Shown here one piece after another: positions 25,810 through 37,700 of a stretch of DNA of 64,000 bases. This DNA is from Utricularia gibba. Its lineage: Eukaryota > Plantae > Magnoliophyta. A model generated the notes under the pieces. It saw nothing but the letters and a program-made list of their open reading frames with translations. It did no database searches and had not been told where the DNA came from. The position numbers and the translations under genes were made by a program. The first letter of the stretch is position 1, and every line of letters starts with the position of its first letter. The stretch lies in contig NEEC01000017.1 in NCBI GenBank assembly GCA_002189035.1, forward strand, positions 1,550,001 through 1,614,000, written 5' to 3'.

Positions 25810-25925
25810 TCTATAAATAAATCATACACACTATCATCATTTACATAATTTTCATGTTTGAAAGTTTTTATTGTCCACAACTTGTGATTCCCGTGCACTG
25901 CGCACGTAGGCGCGGTAAATCTAGT
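25810..25925 (+). mobile_element. Helitron-like 3' terminus, possibly a tiny non-autonomous element
   Basis: GC hairpin CGTGC-actgc-GCACG 25892-25906, then CTAG 25921-25924 followed by T; candidate A|TC 5' end at 25810 is tentative. Confidence 0.45.
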
Positions 25926-26398
25926 GTGGATTTGCAGTAAGTTGTTGTTGTTTTTTTATATATAAAAATATATTAATATTTTTAATCATTAATTTTAATA
26001 ATAAATAGTTATTCATTTAATGAACTAGTCAAAATTTTAATTCATTTTATCTTTTCATGTCGTTCATCTCGAGTATTCGATAATCATTCATTGATTGTGC
26101 CGTTGTTCACCATTCAAAGTCTAATGATCATTATTTATTAGTTATTGTTTTAATTTTAATTTTTTTTTGTAATATTCAATTTGTGATTAAAAATAATTTT
26201 ATTTTGATATTTTCAAAAATAATTTAAATATTTATTAAATTGAAATTAATCCAACACACCCATAATTTTTCAAATCACGAATTGACACACTCAAAATGTG
26301 AATTGACGAATGTAGGCACCCAATCACACTCTACAAGCGCGTCAAAAGCAAGAACAAATTGGCACACTTCTTGGAAGATTGTAATACTAATATAAATA

Positions 26399-28056
26399 TC
26401 ACAGTTTTAACATCTTATTTTTAACATAGAAGAAGCAAAAGGGGAGAAGGCTTACTGGGCATGGGCTGGACACATGGGCCTCGAGTCTGGGCTTTGGGTG
26501 CACCACCAACGGCTCGGCCCGGTGCAATCCTTGCCCATATGCTTCTTCCATGTTCAACTCCTTCGGTGACGTACCACCGACGATCTCAAAATTGAACCCT
26601 TGGACCAGCGTCGCCGTCAAAAACTGTACCATTCGAATCCCTAGACTCATCCCGGCGCATATCCGCCGCCCCGCGCCGAACGGAATGATCTCAAAATCGT
26701 TGCCTCGTACATCGACTTCCGCCTTGTTGCCACCGGGGAGGAACCGTTCTGGACGGAACTCGAGCGGATCGCGCCACTGCTCCGGATCTCGAGAAATCGC
26801 CCAGACGTTCACGAGCAGCGTTGTTCCTTTTGGGATGAAGTAGCCGTTGATTTCGCAGTCCTTGTCTGCGATTCTCGGTAGGGAAAGAGGTGTCGATGGA
26901 TGGAGGCGGAAATTCTCCTTCACGATCGCTTGAAGATACGGTAGTTGCGGGAGATCTGATTCTTCGACGAGGCGGTTCTTTCCGACGACGGAATCGATCT
27001 CTTTCTGCGCCTTCGATAAGATCTGCGGGTGGCGGAGGAGCTCGGAAACTGCCCACTCGACGGTGGTTGAGGTGGTGTCGGTACCGGCGACGAAGAGATT
27101 CTGAGCACATTTTTGGACTTAGTTGGCAAATACTGAAACAGGAAAATATTGAAACGTACCAGAAGCAATGCTTTGATTTGCGTGTCGGTGAGCTTTCCTC
27201 CCTCGGCATCATCAACATCTTTGAGGGAGATCAACGTCGAAAGCAGGTCCCCGTCTCGTCCCTCCGACGCATGAGAACCGGTGATCTTGTGATCTTCAAG
27301 AATCTTGCTCAGAAACGCATCGAAACGTCGATGAATGCTCTTCATCTTGGCTACGACGCCCTGCAAGTCCAGGGGCTCTAAGAGCGGGATGAAATCTCCG
27401 AGATTGAATACCCCGCCGGCTTCAAACAACTCTGTCACCAGGTTCTTGAACTCCTCGGCTTTCTTATCCCCGCCGCCACTCTCGTGGCTCACCACGCGCC
27501 GCCCTAGCATCACGCGCGCGATCCCGTTGGTGGTGCAAACGTTCAGCATCTGGCCCAGCCTCACCGGAACATTCCCAGCGGTTGCCAGGTTTCTCGCCAG
27601 AACCCCAACCTCCTCCTGCCGGACGTGGCGGAAGTCGTCGAGCGCCTTCGCGGAGAAAATGTGGAGAGCACAGATCTTCCGGAGCAGGCGCCACCGTGGA
27701 CCGTAAGGGGCGAAGACCATGTCCTGATAATTATAAGCGACGTATTTGGCTCCGGCATTGGGCGGCCGGCTGGAGAAATTGGCGTCATAGGTCTTCAAAA
27801 ACAGCTCCGCCACACTCCCAGAGGCGGCAACAACGACGTGTTGGAATCCCATCTTCAAGTGCATCAGCGGCCCGTAGGTTCTAGCCAACTCCGCCATTGT
27901 CTGGTGGGGCTTCATCCCCAGCTGCAGAATATTCCCCAGTATCGGCCATGGCGTCGGCCCCGGCGGCAGCCGCTTCCCGCCGTCGCTGCGCGGGAAGAGG
28001 AAGGCGAAGGCCACAAATATGAGCGCGAGGATGAGGGCAAAAGCTTGTGCTGTCAT
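26399..28056 (-). CDS. CYP75B: CYP75B copy 2 (divergent F3'H paralog), 2 exons (28056-27160, 27100-26399), 532 aa
   Basis: Highly similar to copy 1 with the same single intron position (59 nt) and intact heme, PERF and AGTDT motifs. SRS6 reads AYGQGLHR and the ORF has a C-terminal read-through tail. Confidence 0.92.
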
Positions 28057-28439
28057 TTTTTCCAACGTGATGAAAGACTCGAGCCACCGAGATGTTAAAT
28101 TTATTGTTCCGACCCAACTGCCATGAGTAGGGGAGGCTGTAGAGATGAGCGGCAGTTGATACCTCAATTTTTTGTAGGTGTGAATAGAAGACGCCTTTCT
28201 TAAAATAGAGAATTTGCATTTTATGTGAAAGTTAATGCATTTATTTATAAAAGAACCCACCGAGGAGCCGACACCTAGGAAGCCGAAAATATGGGTAGAC
28301 GACCTATTTATATTTATTTCTCACTAATTAAAATTAAAAATTATATTTATTTCTCACAACCAAGTCCAAGTACAACATACTATGATTTTGGATTGTCCTG
28401 CCCTATATATTTTGTATTAAAATAGGAATGATTTTAGAT

Positions 28440-28454
28440 AGTTAGATACACGTG
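28440..28454. promoter_or_regulatory. AGTTAGAT plus G-box upstream of F3'H copy 2
   Basis: AGTTAGAT 28440-28447, CACGTG 28449-28454. Confidence 0.3.
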
Positions 28455-28487
28455 TGCTCTTTGTATTGGCTATAATGTTCTTTTTTT

Positions 28488-29147
28488 TCAAGGCATTAAT
28501 TTATTTGAGAGAATTTGAATATTACTGAGGATTGCTAAGGTGTTGCTGAGGTACTCCTGCGACTTCTGCACCTCCGACTTGAGTGCACTCAGAGCCGTCG
28601 ATTTCGTCTCAGCCAATCCATCGACGCAAGTGTCCTGATCGGTCATCGCGGCGCTGATCCACGTCTTCAGATCGCCGATCTCCGCCTCCGAAGGCATCTT
28701 TTCCCCCCGGCCGACCAATTCCGCCGATTTCGCGAGGCTCTCCGCCGCGTCGTCGAGCAACTCCCTGCAATCTTGCATCGCCATCTCCGACGTCGGCGTG
28801 GATGAAATATTTTTAAGCCTGGAGACTTGGAGAGTGCCGGCGCGGAGAGAGAGCTTGAAGAAGCTCAGAGGAGTTTCAGCGGGGGGATCGTTGAGAGGAG
28901 CCATGGAGGAGAGGCAGGATTCTGGATAACGAGTGACGGCGCAGACAGTTCTGAGAGGTTCCGATTTCTCGGTCTTGGTTGCTGAATTGAAGGTTAGGGC
29001 CACGATCAGCGATACTAAGATGAGAACACTGATTGCCACGGCCAAAAACAGCCAGAAGCGGCGACGGCTCTCCGGCGGCTTCCGATCCGCGAGGTTTTCC
29101 GTTGGATTCAGTTTGCCGTAGCCTTTACCAATGTTGCGGGACTCCAT
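28488..29147 (-). CDS. PMEI/invertase-inhibitor domain protein with an N-terminal signal anchor, intronless
   Basis: GYGKL..RRR then a hydrophobic helix; LRTVCAVTRYPESC, MQDCRELLDDA, DLKTWISAAMTDQDTCVDG. Confidence 0.85.
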   Translation of the reverse strand: MESRNIGKGYGKLNPTENLADRKPPESRRRFWLFLAVAISVLILVSLIVALTFNSATKTEKSEPLRTVCAVTRYPESCLSSMAPLNDPPAETPLSFFKLSLRAGTLQVSRLKNISSTPTSEMAMQDCRELLDDAAESLAKSAELVGRGEKMPSEAEIGDLKTWISAAMTDQDTCVDGLAETKSTALSALKSEVQKSQEYLSNTLAILSNIQILSNKLMP

Positions 29148-29347
29148 TGTTGCAGTTGCGGAACTCCTCGAGAGGGCCGAGGGGAGAAGCTCTGAAAGTT
29201 CGTCAGAAAGTTCGTATTTTGCTATGTGCCAGTGTCGGTGGCCGCGTCATCGTTGATTATTCCATTTTATGGCTCTATGTGCATCTGTCGTTGAATCAGC
29301 TATAAAGATAGAATCTTTTCCAAGAGCCCTGAACCAAAAAGAATGGA

Positions 29348-30510
29348 CTAAGATGTACAACAGAGTCTAGCAAATGTTAAATAGCCAGTATGCCCTCTGG
29401 TTTCCCCGCATTTCCTAGCAACCACAGTATGAGTTTTCGAAGTTTCCTCACCATTCGTGGATCGCTGCCTCTTCTTGCAGGTTTTGAGGGTAGCCAAACC
29501 CCCATCACCATCTTCCCAGCTCCCCATACTGCTTTCTCTGACTTCATAATGGCTGAGTAGCACCTCGAACGTTCGAATGTCTGGGAAGAAGCAAAGGCAA
29601 GACATCAGGATTCGGTGTTTTGGGGATTTCGGATGAAAGGTCAGTGGAAGGAAGGCGAACAAACCTGTGAATGATGACCTTAGAGCTAAGCATGATTTCT
29701 GCACTTGCTCAATACATGGAGAGAAGGAGCAGATGACTCCATCTTGCTGCAGCATCCGTGCTGCTGAAGGAATGGCTAGCCATGGCTGTGGCAAGTCGAG
29801 GAAAACGGAGTCTGCTCGTCCTGAAAGTTCGTCTGGGAACCCCTCACCTTGTATGTCCCTCACACCTACGGTCACCAAACTGCTCAATCCACAGGTTTCG
29901 AAGTCCTCCCTGAAGAGAATGACATGAACTTGTATGATTAACATTCAACACGAATGCATAAAAACTATTTCTTTCACTTGATGAATTGTTAAAGGTGCAG
30001 CGTAACGACAATGTGATATCAGCAAGGAGCTAGAGCTGATGTCTAATTAACAAGCATCTCACCTGGCTGATGCAGCCCTTTGTTCATGGAAATCAAAAGT
30101 GTAGACATGGCCGTTTGGCGCAACGGCTCGGGCCACAGATGTAGTCAGGGATCCACTCCCAGTACCTGACTCGAGCACTACACAACCAGGAACCAATTCC
30201 AAGTACATGATAACAAAACTGATGTCGGCAATGTACAGAATCTGAGTCCTGTGGCTCAAAACAAGAGTCCACAGCTCAGGCGTGGGAGCCAATAAATACA
30301 CAAATCCACCTTTATTGCTCAAAACCTTTGATCCGAAAGGCTTCCCGATCCAATCCGAGTGCTTAAACGCACCAAATCTATTCTGCAAAACCCCATTAGC
30401 AGAAACCTTAACGGTTTCATGCAATCGTGTCTCTCGTATACTATGACCAAATCCCCCTCCGTTATTCGCCGATCAAATGACAGACACTTGGTAGGATCAC
30501 TAGGTAACAT
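29348..30510 (-). CDS. TRM61: tRNA (adenine58-N1)-methyltransferase catalytic subunit, 3 exons, with an apparent -1 frameshift at about 30413-30417
   Basis: DLVIVYERHD, SHRTQILYIADIS, VLESGTGSGSL, DSVFLDLPQPW, CSFSPCIEQV, HTGYLTFA. Confidence 0.9.
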
Positions 30511-30806
30511 TGCAACACAACCAACCAAGTCCTACACAACATTGAATAAAGAGCTCAAATTGCCAACAGGAAAACAAATCTAACATCTTTACACAAGACG
30601 AGAATCATAAAAATGCAAAGCAAAAAAACAAATGAAAACAAGAGGATTTCGACTGCAAACTTCTGTAAAAAAAATTCCCGCCCTCACGGAAATAGTCAAT
30701 TGTAAACAAGACAAGAGAGAATAGCAGTCGGTTAGTTGTGCAAATTGAGATCCGCACAAAAACCTTATCTGAGATCACATGGCCTTACCCAGCGCCCGTT
30801 ACGACG

Positions 30807-30814
30807 AAACCCTA
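30807..30814. promoter_or_regulatory. Telo-box in the TRM61 leader/promoter
   Basis: AAACCCTA, typical of translation-machinery genes. Confidence 0.4.
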
Positions 30815-31146
30815 GAAAGCGGCGGGCCGGCGGCGGACGACGAAACGAGGACACATTACTGCGAATTTCCTATTTTAACTATTTCTTTTTTAGAATTAAT
30901 TTAAATTTGTATAAATATAATTACTAGTAATAATATTTTCGTGGCTTTTCAGTCTTACCCAAGAGATGGCCCCGGGGGCGGCCCATCCCGGAGGCCCGGT
31001 TACCAAACAAGCACCTCAACCACCGTCACCGCCCGTGATTCCCGTTCACAAAATCGGAACGGAGCTTTTATTTGATCTTATCCGAATCCCATTTTCCGCC
31101 GCTCTATATGTACTGATAAGATTCCAGCTCTCCGCAGTTTGCGAAG

Positions 31147-32471
31147 ATGAGGAAGCCGGCGTTTCTTCTCGGATCCCTGATCATTTTTTCATTCTTGTGG
31201 ACATCAGCCGCGACCTGCAACTGCAACCGTGGGATCTACGAGCTCCGCCGAGGAGATCTTACTCTCAGAATCACCAATTACGGCGCCACACTCCTCTCCG
31301 TCATCCTCCCTGATAAACACGGTCAGTCTCCCATTCCCGATCCCGCGAATGCGCTTTTATAACACCCGTTGAGAAATGGAACTATCAGTTCTTCGCTCCA
31401 TTGATCGGATTTCTTTCTGGGGTACCGGGTATAGGGAAGCTTGACGACGTCGTTCTGGGTTTCGCGAGCCTTGATCAGTACAAGGTGAGTGCTGGATGTG
31501 GTAAATGCGACGGTTATTATTTTATTTACTTGCTTATTTTTTTTAATATTTGCAGAATGATACGACTTATTTTGGTGGGGTTGTCGGCCGGGTTGCTAAT
31601 AGGATCGGCCACGCGACGTTCACCTTGAACGGCACTAGTTACCACCTCCCGCAGAACGATCACGGCAACACCCTCCACGGCGGCAGAGTCGGATTTAGCG
31701 ACGTCGTGTGGACCGTCGTCGAGCATGTTGCGGATTCCCACTTGGCTCTCTCCTATGATAGCTACGACGGCGATCAAGGTAGTTTAGGCTCTTGGGTGTT
31801 GTTTGAACGTTCGATCTCTTACGTTTTTTTTTATTATTCCGGCAGGATTTCCTGGCGAGGTATCGGTGACGGTGACGTACATAATCATGGACAAAAACAG
31901 GTTCGCCGTGAAAATGCAAGCGACGCCGATAAACATGGCGACTCCGATCAACATGGCCTCCCACTCGTATTGGAACCTCGGCGGTCACAGAAGTGGCAAC
32001 ATCTTCTCCCACACCCTTCAGCTCTACGCCTCGGCGATCACTCCCACCGACGACAGCCTCATCCCCACCGGCGAAATACTCCCGGTCCACAACTCCCCCT
32101 ACGATTTCCGGCAGCCGAGGACGATCGGAAGCAAATTCAACGAAACATCCAGCGGCTACGACATCAACTACGTCGTGGATGCCCCCCCGAATCACAAACA
32201 CTTGCTGAAGGTGGCCGCGGTGCGCGAGCCCAAATCCGGCCGGAAAATGGAGCTGTGGAGCAATCAGCCCGGTGTCCAGTTTTATACAGCGAATATGATG
32301 GGTGCGATCAAGCAGGGCAAAAACGGCGCCGTTTACGAGAATTATGCGGGCCTGTGCTTGGAAACCCAGGGCTTCCCAAATTCGGTTAACCAACCCAATT
32401 TCCCGTCGCAGATCGTGACCCCAGGATCCGAATATTTGCACGTCATGCTCTATAGGTTTACTGCTAATTAA
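31147..32471 (+). CDS. Secreted aldose 1-epimerase (galactose mutarotase-like), 4 exons
   Basis: Signal peptide, ITNYGATL, YFGGVVGRVANRI, NTLHGG, NMASHSYWNL, GLCLETQGFPNSVN. Confidence 0.92.
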
Positions 32472-34781
32472 TTTAAAATTCATATTTATTTTCCTTTTTA
32501 TTTTTTTTCCGTTTGCTTATTATCACTTTATATACACATTTTAAATAAATTCTACTAAATTAACGTATGAATTATGAAGTATTTTAAGTATGAAAGTTAA
32601 AATATCCCAAATTTCAATCAAAACTATTTTATTTCAAGATAGACCTAAATCCCGTCAAAAATACGAAATTTCGACGAAAACTTAAAACCTTGCTCAAAGT
32701 ATAGTATGAAATACTAGAATACATCTGTACGGACGTAAACTTAAAACCATTGCAAATTTTAACATGTGTGTCCATGGGTATGATATTGAGGCAAGGAGGA
32801 GTTACTTTGGGTCCTCCATCATGAACCATGTGCTTCATGATCATCATATTCCCTGTGAATAGGGGCTTGGGGACACTCTACTCTACTCTTGACTTCTCAA
32901 CCTCGTCTTCCTAATGCACTCTTCCATACCCTCCTCCATGCCACTTTTCAATAATTTCAAGTTTGTATCTATACGCTCTCATTGCATCTACTCCATAAAC
33001 TATATCAATTGAATACAATGATAGTATAAGTACGTGTTTGTTGGACTTATTTACGTATTCGAGCACATGTGTGTCGAATACTGTATTTATGTATTTATGT
33101 GATTTATAAAATATTTGTATGACGAATTTCAATTATTTTATCAAAATGTGTTTTATTAATGAAGTGAGTTTTAGTTATTTTAAATTTTTTAAATATAGTA
33201 ATATTTTATATGCATATCGAATAATTTAAATCTTATATAAGATAGTTTCCTCTCAAATGAATAGAACAAATTGGATTACAATTTCAAAATTAAATCTGCT
33301 TTCTTAAATTTATTTATTTATATCCAAAGTAGAGTGAACCTTTTGTTGTGTATATGGTTATATCCCTAATGCACTTATCCCCACCTCAATCCAAAAGCGA
33401 AGTCAAACCCTAACAAGGATTAAATGTATGTAGTGGAACTGTACCTAATTTGCAAATTCAAAGCACTTAAATAAATCCACCCCACAGTCCCCATCCTATG
33501 CATTCCCATGATTTTCAACTAGTAGATCAACACCACCCCTTCTAATTTCCTAATGATTCCCATACGTTTATCATCGTTGTTTTTACCCAAATGCTCTGTT
33601 AATCTCTGTTTTTCTAGTAAGCCAAATAGAATATCATGCTATTGACTTAAAAAGATCAATTCAAACCGCTAATCAGTTCGTGATGGACGAGATCTTGAAA
33701 TCTGTAATAATGAATTCGTATATGGATAAATTATATAAAGGATAAGAGAAATATATGACAATATAATTTTATCTCAATTCTTATTCTTTCATTATTTTAT
33801 TTCATATTCGAATAATTTATTTCATTTATCAAACATTATGTTTTACTTTTTTTCATTTAATTACTTCCCTTTATACTTTCTATCAAATATGATACCTCTA
33901 TTTCTTAGTTCTATCGGCTGGAGAACGAATTCACCAATGTGTGGCTGATAGGTGATTACAAGAACATTTAAAATATATATTTTTAGCAAACAGGTGAATC
34001 AATCGGGTGAACTGATTCATTCATTCGAAAACATTACAAAAATGATTCGGGTTATGCATCTACATTAAAAACGTAAGGTTACATGTTCGTCTTGTTTACT
34101 TGAGTTTCATATGCGCATGCATCCGAACCTAAATTTCAACGCCGCGCTTCCGGCTGTTTATGAGTTGATTAATCAAATTAGGAAGTGTTTCTTTCCAACT
34201 TATGAATTGACTTGTGTATTATGAAGAATTAAAGAATGAGTAACTAACAGAGACGCAAGGGCAAGTTAGAATCCCCACAATTAATAACATTAATTTCTTT
34301 ATATTTTCCTTTTTCTTTTGACTTTGAAACCGTAGATTAAAAAAACCAACCATATGATACATTATTTTTTTATACCATGCTCAATGGCCTTTATATTTTC
34401 TTTTTTATGCTATTATTTCGTATACTACAGTAATATTTTTATTTTGTTGTACAGATTAATTGTCCGGATTAAATAAATTTAAAAAATTGACAAATTCATT
34501 TGACATTTACCGATGTATCCATGGCGTGGCCCAGCCACATTTAAGAATAAAGAACGACATCTATTGTTGTAGGGAGATACGCATGCTGACCCATGGTATT
34601 CCCATTTTACCCTTAAAGAAAGTTGAAAAGATGTCTCAGTTCAGGGGCAGGAAGGTAATGCAGGATCTAAAGGGTTCGCGCGCATCTTAACGGCAACGAC
34701 ATTCGTGGTGAGGATTTGAGGGGCTATAAAACGAAATGGGTACCACGTGTTTGACAAAATGCAAGGGAAGCTTGGAAGAGT

Positions 34782-37700
34782 ATGGAGTTGCAGGGAGGGT
34801 GGCGTTTAGTGTTGCAGCAGTACAGAGCTCTGGTGTACAAGAATTTGCTGCTTTCGTGGAGAAACAGACAGGCCACTTTCATCCAGCTCTTCTCTTCATT
34901 TTTCTTCATATTCCTTATTTTCTGTATCCAGAAGGCTGTTCAGGGGAGCTTCTTCTCCTCCTCTTCTTTCAAAGATATCTACGATCCTGAACCGCTGGTT
35001 GCGCCGCCGATCACCGCCTGTGAGGACAAGTTCACCATCGTATTACCATGCTTTGACTTTGTATGGAGCGGGAATGAAAGTGAGAGAGTGACGGAGATTG
35101 TTAGAAGGATTCGGGAGAACAATCCCGGCCGTCCCATTCCCGAGCAAAAGGTTTGGAGCTTGTTATTTTGATGATCGTGAAACGTTGATTAACAGTGGAA
35201 AATTGTTTTTTAAACTCCGTGATTTGACAGGTTAAAGGATTCAGAACGACGAGTGATACAGAGGATTGGCTTGCTAGTAATCCAATGAAATGCCCTGGTG
35301 CTCTTCATTTTTTTGATAGAAATGCTACAGTGATTAGCTATGGCGTGCAGACCAACTCTACCCCACTTGCTAGACAAGGAAGGTTTGAGGATCCTACTTT
35401 CAAGTTTCAAATTCCTCTTCAACTCGCCGCAGAAAGAGAAATAGCACGATTTTTAATTGGAGGTAAGGTCTCTGACACGGTACAAAATTCTTCAGTTCTT
35501 TAAGTAAAGTGACAGTTAAAAAATTATGCCTTCTTTTTCTTGTTGCAGACCCAAACTTTAGTTGGAGTGTCAGCTTTAAGGAATTTGCTCATCCTGCAAC
35601 CAACTTTTTTTCTGCTGTGCAACAGGCTGGCCCAACATTTTTCTTGGCGGCTGCCATGTTTTCTTTTGTATTCCAAATGAGTTCTTTGATTACAGAAAAA
35701 GAACTTAAACTTCGCCAGGTACTCAATTTTTTAGTGATATCCTAAGGGCTATGGAGAATTCACATCTTGATTGCTCTGTTCTTTTTTTTTTTTTTTTGTT
35801 GGACAGGCATTGACGATGATGGGACTGTATGATACTGCATATTGGTTATCATGGTTTACATGGGAGGGGATACTGACTCTTATTTCGTCACTGCTACTGG
35901 TTCTTTTTGGCATGATGTTCCGATTTGATTTCTTCCTTCGCAACAGTTTTGCAGTTCTCTTCCTCTTGTTTTTCTTATTCCAATTGAATATGGTATGTCA
36001 ACGGTCGATTAGGCGAATGTGTAGTGTATATGTAATTTTTTTTTGTTAAGGTTGTTGCTTCTTCTCACAGAGTGGACTTGCTTTCATGCTGTCTGCTTTT
36101 TCCCGCAAGTCTTCCTCATCTACCACAGTTGGTTACTGTGTATTCATCATTGGTTTTATATGTCAGGTTTGTTTCGGTGGATAAAGTTTACGATTTCATT
36201 GTAAGACAAATGATATCTCTACCGATGAGAATATTCTTTTCACAGGTAGTTACAGCCTTTGGATTTCCATATAGTGATAATTTCTCGAAGCCATTTCAAA
36301 TCGCATGGTCATTCTTTCCTCCGAATCTTCTCACGGAGGGCTTGAAGTTGTTAACTGGTGCAACTGAAACTCCTCAAGACCCAGGAGTCAGCTGGAAGGA
36401 CAGGAATACATGTGCACCAAATGATTCACAATGTATGATTACAGTTGTAAGTTCGATCTCATATTCTTTACATTTCAGATATATTTCTCCAAGAGTAGGC
36501 CAGTTTATTTCTCATCTTTCTATGCTTCATTCATTTCAGAATGAGATCTACATTTGGTTTGCGTCAACGTTCTTCCTGTGGCTCATACTGGCACTCTATT
36601 TTGACAATATTATTCCAAATGCTTCTGGTATGAGAAAGTCATTGCTATATTTTATGAGTCCGGGCTACTGGACAGGCAAAAATGGAAGCAACGGTAGATA
36701 TCGAAATTTATGCTTTATGAATCCGAGTCAGGTTAATTTTAACCCATCTATGAAGTCGTAATACTTCTCAAGTTTCAGAGGGGAGTTTCTGCAGAAGTAT
36801 GAATTCAAACCTACTGGTTGAAGATATGATTCCGGATGATGAGGATGTACTTGAAGAGGAGAGGGTAGTGAAACAGCAAGCTGCTGAAGGCCATGTTGAT
36901 CCGGACATTGCGGTTCAAATACGTGGCCTTGCGAAAATTTATGATGGTGCAACAGGGTGTGCTTGTTTTAGTTGCAGCGTAGCATCTTCTTACCATGCTC
37001 TAAGGGTAAACGTGCTTTTGAAAAATAATGGGTCTCTAGGCTTGAATATTGATTTACTAAAAGTTGAAAACTGCAGGGCCTCTGGCTTAACATTTCCAAG
37101 GATCAGCTATTTTGCCTTCTTGGTCCCAATGGAGCTGGAAAAACTACTGCAATTAACTGTTTGACTGGAATTGCAGAAGTTACAGCCGGAGATGGTATGT
37201 TGTTTTTCCAAAATATTCATTTGTCTATGAACACTGATAATATCTCAATGATAAATCCCCTGTTTTATAGCAATCATATACGGAAATTCCATCAGAAGCT
37301 CAGGCATGCCGAAGATTCGCAGGATGATAGGAGTTTGCCCTCAGGTTCATTTTCTGGTTATCCTTAAAATGCATGCTGATCTTATTATATTCGTGTATAA
37401 GGGGATGCAGACATATACTTTCTAATGATGATGTTACACAGTTTGACATCCTGTGGAATGAGCTTTCTGGTGAAGAACACCTTTTCCTGTTTGCTAGCAT
37501 AAAAGGCATAATCCCGGGTTTGATTAAATCAGTACGTATAAAAGACTGGTGCCATATTTGTTTACTGTACAGTGAAATATTGTATTCATCAGTTCCCTAC
37601 AACAACAGGCCATAGATAAATTATTGGCTGATGTCAAACTTACTGAAGCAGCAACAATGAGGTCCAGCAGCTACAGTGGGGGGATGAGGCGTCGACTTAG

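Noticed and set aside
11817-28056. Biosynthetic gene cluster (UGT + two P450s + BCCP)
   Set aside because: The UGT is a sterol UGT80-type enzyme, and BCCP belongs to plastid ACCase whereas flavonoid malonyl-CoA is cytosolic. The neighbourhood looks like ordinary conserved synteny.
28488-29147. PMEI as a truncated pectin methylesterase pseudogene
   Set aside because: It has a clean stop and no PME catalytic remnant downstream, and anchor-plus-PMEI proteins are a known class.
31695-32483. 262-aa antisense ORF, and similar shadows at 2858-3253, 16856-17245, 27625-28098 and 42138-42854 (5' part)
   Set aside because: These are expected shadow frames of GC-rich coding exons with no independent protein signature.
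33715-33840. Possible third Tourist MITE
   Set aside because: Only one convincing TIR (TTATCAAACA); the left end is degenerate and there is no clear TSD.
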